DNA of 63,570 nucleotides from a virus (Duplodnaviria; Caudoviricetes), in the IMG/VR virus record IMGVR_UViG_3300031997_000009, positions 1-63,570 of that record; one strand, given 5' to 3'. A model generated the notes under the pieces. That model did not search any database and had not been told where the DNA came from. It worked only from the letters and a program-made list of their open reading frames with translations. Each line of letters begins with the position of its first letter. Position 1 is the stretch's first letter. Below are positions 25,855 to 35,000 of this stretch, piece after piece. A program made the translations under genes and the position numbers.

Positions 25855-26772
25855 CTACACGGATTCTATTGCGAACCTGAACGTGCCCCTGCTGTCGGGC
25901 TTGCCCTCGATCTTGTACTTGCCGATAAGGATTTTCAACGACTGCCCCTTGGCTGTGGCCACGACGCGATTGCGAATGACCTCGTAGATATCGTCGCACT
26001 CTTTCGCGTCAGACTTCATGGACAGGTACTTGTCGATCCTGTGCTCAAACTCTGGATCGTCGGCAATCTTCATCTCCGTACCGAAGTTCATGCCAGGGGC
26101 GCATACGGTCTTCATCGGACAATCCTTGCACACCTCCACGTCCTTGATGCGCTCGGGCAGGGTGCCGGCCTTCACATGGGTGTTGATGGTCTCGCAAGCC
26201 TTGATACAGGACTCGGCGAGGGCATAATCGAGCTTAACATCCACGGTCTTGATCGCGCCCGTGCTCTTGTTTTTGAGGATGAAAATGCCGTGATCGACGT
26301 TTTTGCCGAGGAGGTAGATCTGGATCTGCGCGAGGTAGGCGCGCGTCCATGGCTTTTTGTTGAAGTCGTCCAGGCACTTGATCATGTCGTAGATGTGCGG
26401 CGCCATGCTCTTGATTTCAATCGGAACCGCCACGCCATCGTCCACGATCACGCCGTCGAGATGCCATGTGATGTTGTACTTCTCCCACTCGCCCACGCTC
26501 TGCTGTTCGATCACGGTTATGCCTGCGTCCTCGAGCATACGCAGAACCGCCTTCTCCTCGCGGTTGCCCTCGTCGTAGATCATCTGCAGGCGCGTGTCCG
26601 GAAGTTCCTTCTCCTGCCAGCGCGTGCGCTCGAGCGCACCCCGGCGTAGACAGCCGTTGAGTTCTGGAACATAATGACCCACGCTCGACGCGCGATTGCT
26701 CTTGCAGGGGATACGCTTGATACGGGTCTGGACGTTCTTTTCGACCGCCTCCACGATATTTATCATTGTCAC
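25855..26772 (-). CDS. Cas4-like PD-(D/E)xK exonuclease
   Basis: RASS...CLR, HLDG, IEIKS, QIQIY, CKDCPMKTVC (1+3 Cys Fe-S pattern). Confidence 0.85.
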   Translation of the reverse strand: MTMINIVEAVEKNVQTRIKRIPCKSNRASSVGHYVPELNGCLRRGALERTRWQEKELPDTRLQMIYDEGNREEKAVLRMLEDAGITVIEQQSVGEWEKYNITWHLDGVIVDDGVAVPIEIKSMAPHIYDMIKCLDDFNKKPWTRAYLAQIQIYLLGKNVDHGIFILKNKSTGAIKTVDVKLDYALAESCIKACETINTHVKAGTLPERIKDVEVCKDCPMKTVCAPGMNFGTEMKIADDPEFEHRIDKYLSMKSDAKECDDIYEVIRNRVVATAKGQSLKILIGKYKIEGKPDSRGTFRFAIESV

Positions 26773-26860
26773 TCCTTAAAGTTAAAGCGCGGTTTTTAGC
26801 TCCATGGATAACCGCAAACCATCCGGGGGAGAAGGAAAGCAAGGAACTCCCCGGTTCACT

Positions 26861-27808
26861 TTACTGTCCGGGCTCGGGCGGCGGAGGCGCTTCCTCGTTG
26901 CCTTGCGCCTGTTTGCCGAAGAGCTCGTAGTGCTCCTTCTCCACGGCCGGGACGAGATGCTTCATCATGGCCTCGCTCACGTCCTCGATCTTGGTCTTTC
27001 CAGACACCATCTTATTCTCCCTGTTCTTCCACGTAGTCAGGCGCGCAAGGGATTTGGACGCGAGATCGGTATCGCCATCGGCCATTTCCAGTAGCATCTT
27101 CCAGACCTTACTCTTGGCGTCGGCGGTCTGCGGGGCCTCGGTCTTGCCACCCTGCGTGCCCTTGCCGTGACGGACCTGAACGCACAGAGACTGCGTGATC
27201 TTGTTCCCGGTAGCGGCCGCGATCTCATCCCACGAGAAGCTCATGCCCAGAAGGCTTTTGAGTCCGCGGTTAAGCGCGTTCGTAAGCGCCTTCTTCTTGA
27301 TGTCGTTGATGTCGATCTCGGACAGGGGCAGAAAATACTTCTCGCTCTTGTGCGTCTGCGCGTCCCATTTGCTGCGCTGCGCGAAGAACTGATCGTGGGT
27401 GCTGCACGACCCGATTTCTGGCACGCTCCGTCCCGCGTAACGGACGGTAGTTTCGCATTGGATATTAATGAATTCGCCCTTATCGTCCGACACGATCTCC
27501 TGTGTGAACCTGGGCGTGTCGTAGCTGACGCCAAAGGCCGAGGCGATCTTGGCCGTTCCCGTCCACATCAGGTAGGGCTTGCCGTCCTGATCGACAAGGT
27601 CGTGGACGTTAAGCATATTGATACAGGCCTTTCGGATACGGCCCTGCGCCTCCATGTATTTCTCGATACGCTTCGTCTGCGCCTCCACACCCTCAGCGGT
27701 CGAGAGATCGATCTGGGTGTTGTCACGCACCTTAATTTGCGTGCTCTCACGAACATCGACTTCGCCGACGCCAGCGCTCTCGGGATCTTTTGCCTTCTGT
27801 TCAGCCAT
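26861..27808 (-). CDS. putative single-strand annealing/recombination protein
   Basis: adjacent to the exonuclease; KPYL..TG..KIA..F and KKALTNALNR motifs; acidic/Pro-rich tail. Confidence 0.5.
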   Translation of the reverse strand: MAEQKAKDPESAGVGEVDVRESTQIKVRDNTQIDLSTAEGVEAQTKRIEKYMEAQGRIRKACINMLNVHDLVDQDGKPYLMWTGTAKIASAFGVSYDTPRFTQEIVSDDKGEFINIQCETTVRYAGRSVPEIGSCSTHDQFFAQRSKWDAQTHKSEKYFLPLSEIDINDIKKKALTNALNRGLKSLLGMSFSWDEIAAATGNKITQSLCVQVRHGKGTQGGKTEAPQTADAKSKVWKMLLEMADGDTDLASKSLARLTTWKNRENKMVSGKTKIEDVSEAMMKHLVPAVEKEHYELFGKQAQGNEEAPPPPEPGQ

Positions 27809-28067
27809 GACGGCCTCCTTTTGAAAGTGGACGATCAGCATCGGCAGCATCCCACCTGTATTCAATAACAGGTCGGCCAGTTTCCGACGCTCCTTCTTGT
27901 TTCAAAATCTTAAACCTGTTCTTTTTAATGAGCCTAAGGTCGCGCTTGAGGTCGGCCGTACCCGTAAGGGCTACGATCTCGGCCTCGCTGTGCCACATCC
28001 CGTCCGCCAAAAACTCGAGTACGCGCCGGGCCGTTGGAGACGGGTTTGTTCCGCTCATATACATCAC
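27801..28067 (-). CDS. small winged-helix protein
   Basis: RVLEFLADGMWHS...LKRDLRLIKK...IEYR. Confidence 0.6.
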   Translation of the reverse strand: MMYMSGTNPSPTARRVLEFLADGMWHSEAEIVALTGTADLKRDLRLIKKNRFKILKQEGASETGRPVIEYRWDAADADRPLSKGGRHG

Positions 28068-28267
28068 GCCCTTGCCCCCTGCCCCCCCGGGCCTCTTCGC
28101 TTAAAAGCCAACAAGATGTGTCGAGCCTTCTTTAATTCCTCGTCAGGCCAAGGCGAGAAACCGCACATCCTGTTGGACAAATGCTGATATGAAATGCCCA
28201 TTTCGGCGGCCAGTTCTTTACGGGTCATTCCGGCATTAATAATTTCGGAGGCGGTCAGGTTGCCCAT
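28064..28267 (-). CDS. Cro/XRE-type HTH regulator
   Basis: GMTRKELAAEMGISYQHLSNRMCG. Confidence 0.8.
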   Translation of the reverse strand: MGNLTASEIINAGMTRKELAAEMGISYQHLSNRMCGFSPWPDEELKKARHILLAFKRRGPGGQGARA

Positions 28268-28277
28268 GTGTCAAATA

Positions 28278-28306
28278 ATAATAATAAATTTAACGGGGAA
28301 AGTCAA
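28278..28306 (-). promoter_or_regulatory. sigma70-like promoter
   Basis: minus strand TTGACT-17 nt-TATTAT, AT-rich gap. Confidence 0.75.
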
Positions 28307-28315
28307 GGACTTTTT

Positions 28316-28519
28316 TTAGCTGGAGGCGAAAGGGTCGAAGCCAAAGCGATGCTTGGTTATGTTTTTCAATGCGTTAAGAAGTCCTGAAATAATTGGTATC
28401 GTCAGCTCGCGCGGGAGCTTATTAATGTATGGGGCGTACTCGGCGATAACCACGGCAACGGCGACATAGCCGGTCACGAAGCCGGCCTTGCGCGTGGTTA
28501 TGGTCTTATTTAATGCCAT
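28316..28519 (-). CDS. putative holin / small membrane protein
   Basis: two hydrophobic segments; overlaps the candidate endolysin. Confidence 0.55.
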   Translation of the reverse strand: MALNKTITTRKAGFVTGYVAVAVVIAEYAPYINKLPRELTIPIISGLLNALKNITKHRFGFDPFASS

Positions 28520-28940
28520 CGTTTACGCCTATGACTTCAATTTGAATCTCCCTGTCCCTGCCGGCCGCCTTCATAAATTCATTGAAGGCCACCCTGCTTT
28601 CGAGGACACCTACTGTTGATTTCCTCGCCCACGGCCGTCCCTTCCAGACGAGCCCGTGATACTTGCCAACAAGAACACAGCCACTTGTATCAGCCAAATC
28701 GTTGCCGATATGCACCTGTATTTCATCACGCCCAGGAACGTCTTGAAGTTCATAACACCACCCGTGTTTAGGACTGTTCACGTACTTCGCCACATACAGG
28801 CCCTGCGGGAAGCAGGACAGGTTGTGCTCGTTATTCACCCATGGGGGCTCGAAGGTGTTGACCAGGGGTATTTCGTTTAAAAACATGGAGCCAAGGGTAA
28901 ACCCCTTCTGATAATACCGCAGCATCGTAAAGACTTTCAT
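28506..28940 (-). CDS. DUF5675-like protein, candidate endolysin
   Basis: TFEPPW..N....SCFPQGLY...DVPGR..IQVHIGN...DTSGCVLVG. Confidence 0.8.
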   Translation of the reverse strand: MKVFTMLRYYQKGFTLGSMFLNEIPLVNTFEPPWVNNEHNLSCFPQGLYVAKYVNSPKHGWCYELQDVPGRDEIQVHIGNDLADTSGCVLVGKYHGLVWKGRPWARKSTVGVLESRVAFNEFMKAAGRDREIQIEVIGVNDGIK

Positions 28941-28948
28941 TTCGCCTC

Positions 28949-29056
28949 CTACATCATTCCTGGGAAAATTCTGTTGGTTTCGTCGAGCTTGCAGGCCAAG
29001 TCCACGAACAGGCCGTTATCGACAACAAGCGCGGTAATGTCTTTGACGTTTTTCAT
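28949..29056 (-). CDS. 35-aa ORF, possibly a gene remnant
   Basis: translated by hand: MKNVKDITALVVDNGLFVDLACKLDETNRIFPGMM. Confidence 0.4.
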   Translation of the reverse strand: MKNVKDITALVVDNGLFVDLACKLDETNRIFPGMM

Positions 29057-29058
29057 TG

Positions 29059-32000
29059 TCACTGATTCCTTATGCTAAAAGGCTGTTCGCCTTCACCGGC
29101 CGGCGCGACCTCCGCCTGGGGCGCTTTCTTTTTCGGTATAATTCCCGTGCCGAGCTTGTTCATCTGTGCCGCCCAGGTGTTGAGAAAATCCGTCTGCTGG
29201 GCAATAGTCTTCTGCTCGGTAGCGGTGTCGCCACGCTCGCGTGCGGCCTTGGCAATCTTATTGAGGTTAGACATGGCAGTATTGACGTACCGCGTGAGAT
29301 TGTAGGCCATAATCTCGTTCTGGTTCTGGTCCAGGAAGGCCTTTGCGGCCTCGGTGTCTGATGCCGCCAGATCCGTATATTGCTCCCAATATGCCTGTAG
29401 CTCATCTTTCTTGCGGTAAAACATACCCTTGCTGGCGTTAGGAAGCGGAGCGCCTTTGATTCTGCGCCAGAAGGGGATCTCTCTGGTCGCAGGCAGCTCC
29501 GCGCCCGGGACTCCACGAGCATATTGCGCGGTCTTCCATCCCGAACTCACGCCCTTCATCAGAAAATCTCCAAGGCCACCGACCTGTTGTTTGATGAAGT
29601 AGTCAAACAGCTCGGGCGTAATGTCCACCATTCCAGGCCTGTACTTGCTCCCGCCCGTTATCTGGTTCAGCCTCTCCGCAACCGCTTTTGACTGCGCGCT
29701 CACGCCCTTGAAATACATCTGGCTCTCAGGTTTCCACTTCTCATACATCGCTCGTTCCGGGTACATGGGATTGCCGGCGAAATCGGTATTCAGGCGGTAG
29801 TCTTCGTACCAGCGAATAGCGGTTGGAAACATAGTCTGAGCGACATTACCGGAACCGAGCGGATTGAACGATCCCACGATATTAGAAAGAATGTTGGCGG
29901 TAGCCTGTTCGGGCTTCGTCACGCCCCTGGTCATGGACTCAAAAAGCACGCCCGTGGCATAGAATACGCCGAAGTTGAACGGAAGCGGAATCTTATAATA
30001 GGTTCCGTCGGCCTTGGGGATAATCCAGTTCCGGGTGCGGGTAAAGAGCGGTATCTTCTCGTAGTTCTCGTCACCCATCATCATCCGGCCCCACTCCGCG
30101 AAACCCACGCCCATCGTGCCCAGGCCCACGGTAAAGGCTACGCCCTTCGGCGTTTTGAGGATTTGTAGTGCGCGGCGGTTTCCCTGCATGGCCGCATTCG
30201 CGAACATATACAGAGCGTTGAATGTCGCGCCCCATTCGCCCTTGCGGTTGAAGTTGACGGTGAGATTCTTCGCGACCTGGGCCGCGCGTTCGGGTGAGTA
30301 CCCGTGCTCGCGCATGACCTTGAAACAGGACAAGCGCGTTCCGTTTTCGACCGCGGAGTTCATAACGTCTACAAAGTCTTTGACGCCGAAGACAAACTTC
30401 TTGAGGTTGTTCATGGCGCTCTTATCCATGGAGTTGATTTCGCTTACAAAGCGCTTCTGCACAGACTCGAGATCGTTGAAGTTCACGAACTCGACCGTGC
30501 CCCCGTGCTCGCTGAATTCGCGTGCCCACTTCTGCGCATCCGTGATTCCGGACTCCCCTATCATCTTCAGGATCCACTTTCCCGCCACATCCTTTTCCTT
30601 GAACAGATGTCCGTACATACCCTTCATCATCCTCGGCACGCCAAAGGCTATCTGCGCCGCCATCGCCGCGCTGTGCTCGGACGTGATGTTAATCATAGCC
30701 TCCTGTAAGTCACGCTGGAAGTTGGAGATGATGAATTCGGGACTCCATCGCGTGATCATGCCCGCGAGGAAGCGGTTGTACGCACCCGCGGTCCTGACGA
30801 TTTTAGCGAAAGTGCTGTCGTTCATGGTGCCCATGTTCTTCATCGCGTTCGCCAGCGCGTCGTCGTTTATGCGGATAATATTGTCTTCGCCGTTGACCTT
30901 AACAACCACGACATTGGAGGCGCGCTTCCAGTTCGGGGTGACAATTTCCCAGACCTTGTTGTTGGGGCTTTCCATCACCAGGCCCAGAAAGGCGCGCCCG
31001 ACCTCATTCCTGTGCGCAGTAATGATGTCTTTCTGAATCTGGGTGAGAATGTTGGCGATTATGTTATCGGCATTGGCCATGGTCTCGCGCCCCATCGCCG
31101 TCTTAGGCTTGTAGCTGACGCTAAACCCCTTGGCTCCGCCGATAGGGCGGAACTCGGCTTCGAGATCCTTAATCTGCTCTGCCGTAAGCCCCTTCATTCC
31201 CAGCATCTGCGCGTCCTCGGACTCCTGGAAGCCCTTGAGCGGGACGTAGTTTTTCCATGCCCGGTTCCAGCCTTTGATTGTTTCCGCGCTCACGAGGCCA
31301 TACTTTTGCAGGACGTATTCGTGGTAAGTGTTGATGTTCTTGACCATCTTCTCGATTTTGTACAGCTGCGCGAGCTTCTCCGGATGTACGCTCATTTGTT
31401 TGATTATGGCGTCGGCAATAACATCGAACATACCCGAGGAGGGGTTAAGCTGCTCAATGCCATTGAAGAGAACTTTCTGCGCGAACACAGGGTTAATCTT
31501 GGCGCCACTGGCGTTGCGCTCTTTTGCGTGTCGGGCATAGAGCCAAATCCCGATTTCGCGCACGTTCATGCCCGAATCGTGAATAGCTCTTTCGAGTGGT
31601 AACACGTAGTTGACGCGGAAGGAATCGAGCATGGCCTTGGTCTTGCCGTGCATTATCTCCTGTTTCAGATACGCGTCAAAGGCCTCAGGGATCTTCCGCA
31701 CCTGCTGAATCGCCTTCTGGACAAACCCAAGGCGAGCGAACTCGTCAACAGTCTTGCGCTTAAACCACTCGCGAATGCCCTCGCCCGCGACCGTGAAGGA
31801 CTCGTACGCGCCTTCAGGGCTCATGGGGTCGGCGGGAGGGGGCTTGGGAATTAGGGCGCCGCCGGCAGGAGGCGGGGCCTCCGCACCCTTGCGGCCGTAG
31901 ATATGCTCCTCGGCCCTGCGCACGCGCTCCTGTTCCGGGATCTCCTCGGCAGGCTTCGCCGCCTCATCAATCGGCATGGGCTTTTCTTTCGCGAACAACG

Positions 32001-35000
32001 GCTGTCCCTCATACAAGACCTTATCTCTCATCGCCGGCGTGATGTCGAAAGCGGGCTGGTTTTCATGAACGCCCTTGTCCGCAAAGTCACCCTCCTCGTG
32101 AGCCCTTCCTCGTGCCTCGTAGGGAATGTTTATTTTTCCTACTTTCCCACCGCCGAGCCTTCTTAATATGTCGTCGGCTACCTGGGGAAGCATCTCGTCA
32201 TAGAATCTTATGAACCCCTTGCCGCCTACGGTCAAGCCTTTTCCGGTGATCTCTCCCGACTCCTTTCCCATTATCTCAGCGGCGTTGGCTTTATTGGATA
32301 GGAGTTCGGACAGGGGCTTGCCGATCCATTCGTTATTGCCCGATGAACTGTCCAAAATTTTACCCTCACTATCTACATAAACCCTCACTTCACCTGATCG
32401 CTTGGTGTCGAGAATAACCTTTTTTACCGCGAGCAGTCTCGGATGTTCAATTCCTGGACCTGCTGCCAATGCGTTATCGTACTTCCCCCACCTTACTCCA
32501 TTAAGCACCGATCTCATGCTTTTCGACCATCTCGCCACTTGCTGTATGCCAGTCGTCCACGCAACCCTATCCATCCCCCGTTCCGCCGCATAGCGTATGG
32601 CGCGTTTCAAGGCGAGACCAACCCATGCCTTCGTATTCGTAACAAAGGGGCCGCGAGAAACGCCGGTACTTACCAATTCCCGAAAATGATCCGCGGCATC
32701 AGTTACATCGTTTTGTGCTTGATGATACTCGTTTCTTGCAAGAAATTCCTTTCTCGCATCAGATTTTTCGCCCCGCTTTAGGGCTTCCGAGATGGCGTCC
32801 AGCTCGCGGGCTGCAACAGCAAATCTTTCTTCCGCTCTTTTAAGCGTGGCCTGGGCGGTTTCGATGGCGATCCTGTCGTATTTTCCGCCTTCTTTCCTGT
32901 AGCTCTGTCCCCAATCGCTTTGGATTTCTTCAAGAAACAAAACCTTTTTGCCTTCGGCATCCACGCGCTCGTTGAAGCGTATCCACGCAAGCACATTCTT
33001 AATTTCAGGATAATGCGGGCCAGCGGCCAATTCCGGGCCCGGAAGCGAAATAGCCAGCTCGCCGTAATTTTCTCCGCCGGGAAGGCGCCATAATGGGCTC
33101 ATGTATTGGGGTACTGTTCCAGGGTAGTTTCGTTCTCGAATATAATTGTCAATGGTTTCTTGGGGAAGAATGTCAACCATCCTTCCGTTAAAATTCAGCC
33201 TGAGTTTTGTTGGCTCAAAATCAGACGGCCGTGTCTGCCATAAGTTACCCAGCGGGTCGGTAAAAGACCGTTCTCCATCGGCAGGCCCCTCCCATGGAAT
33301 ATCCATTTTTCTAACGGCGAGCATCGTGGTTTCTTCGGGCTTTGGAACGCCGGGCCCTATTTTGTCTTTGTCGTACTTCCCGTCCAGGTATTCGATTATG
33401 GTATTGCGCTCTACCGGCGCCTCGTCCACAAGCTCAAGAAATTCCTTGATCCCCGACCATTCGATCTCGTCTTGTTTGATGCCGAGCTTGCCCTTGTTAC
33501 TGTCGAGCCATTGGATCCATTGTTTGCCCTTGAGATTGTCGAATCTGGCGGGAGCATTCTCGAATGCGCGCTTGAGAACGGAGTAGAACGTGGGGGCGGT
33601 AGGACCCCCACCTTCGCGAGCGTACCGGGTCGTGGCTTTTTCACGCTCGTTCTTGTTCTTGAGCCGGCCCAGGACATCGCGAATTATGGCATCAATCTCC
33701 TCTGTCCGCGTGTACTCGGTGAGCCCAAAACGCTGCAGCAGGCGCTTAAAGAAGGCGCGGATCATTCCCTTGACCGTGACGTTGGCCTTGGTGTAGCTGC
33801 GGGCGTCGTAGCGTTCGATCTGCTTGGCTATCCACTCGTCCATGAGCACGTCGGGGGTGGCGTCACGGTAGGTATGGAATACCTGCACGCGCTCGATATA
33901 ATCCCGCAACTCCTTGCTCTTGAGCCAATTCTCTTTGTACTTTGATTTCAGTTCTTCCGTTATCCGGTTCAAGGGCGTGTCCTGAAAATACTTGCGGTCT
34001 TCCTCGAACAGGCGCTTGATGACGTCGTGGATCCTGGGGTCGGAACGGATTAAGGGAGAAGCGCCGAAGTGTCCTGCTATTTCATGGACGAGGATGCGCC
34101 GGAGCTCGGATGCGGGCAGGCGCGAACTGATGGTGACACGGGCTCGTCCGTCTGCGCCCATGAAGATTTCGGCCTGGGCGTCAGGTGGAAGACGGCCCTC
34201 GGTATCGAGAACGATATCGAGATTTTCCGGCTTATAGTGCCCGAAGTAGTCTTCGAGAACGGTCGCTGTTACCTTGGATACTATTTCTGGCGCTCGCCCC
34301 ACGGCCGTAGAAGGACGGGGGCGGGGCGCGCCCACTACCAGACGGTTGCGCCTGGACAGACGCCATTGTCCAACATCAGTATTGGGCAAGACCTTCTTCA
34401 GGTCCGCCATCAGCGAGTTCCAATCGTCGGCGCTGACCTCTTCCATGTCGCCGTCGGGGTTGTCCCTCTTCATCTCCGCGCGCCGGCGGGCCGCCTCCTC
34501 GTTTTTGTTCGTAATCTCGCGCCGGGCATCGTCCTCACTCTCCCATTCCAGGTCCTGCTGCTCGTCCCGGAGGCGCTTTACTTCTTTCCTTATCGCGGCT
34601 TCGGTAATTTTCTCTTTTCTGGCCGTAAGCGTGGCACGGGCCCGGGCCTGGAGCTCGGAGTCGGTGACGACGATGTTGTCTGCCCTGATTTTTTCCACTT
34701 CCCTGGCAATGTCGGCCTCGCTGATGCTTTTCTTCTTCGACACCCCGCCCCTGGCCGCGACATCGCGACGCCGAGCCTGAATTTGGTTGCGGGCCATCTG
34801 CTTGAGCTCGTTTTCGTCGGCGACGAAGACCCGGCGCTTGACCTTTTCCGCGGTCATGTAGCCGCCTTCGCCCTCGACGGCTATGCCCACCTGTGTAAAC
34901 ACCTTCTTCTGCGCAAGATAGTCTCGGACTTCGTAAGACTGTCCGGACTTGGTGTAACCGTCGTCGTGAAGCTGCTGCCTGATCCCGTCTACCTTCTGTT

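Noticed and set aside
25855-26772. Cas4-like gene as part of a CRISPR-Cas system
   Set aside because: No cas1/cas2 or repeat-spacer array; solo Cas4-like nucleases are common in phage recombination modules
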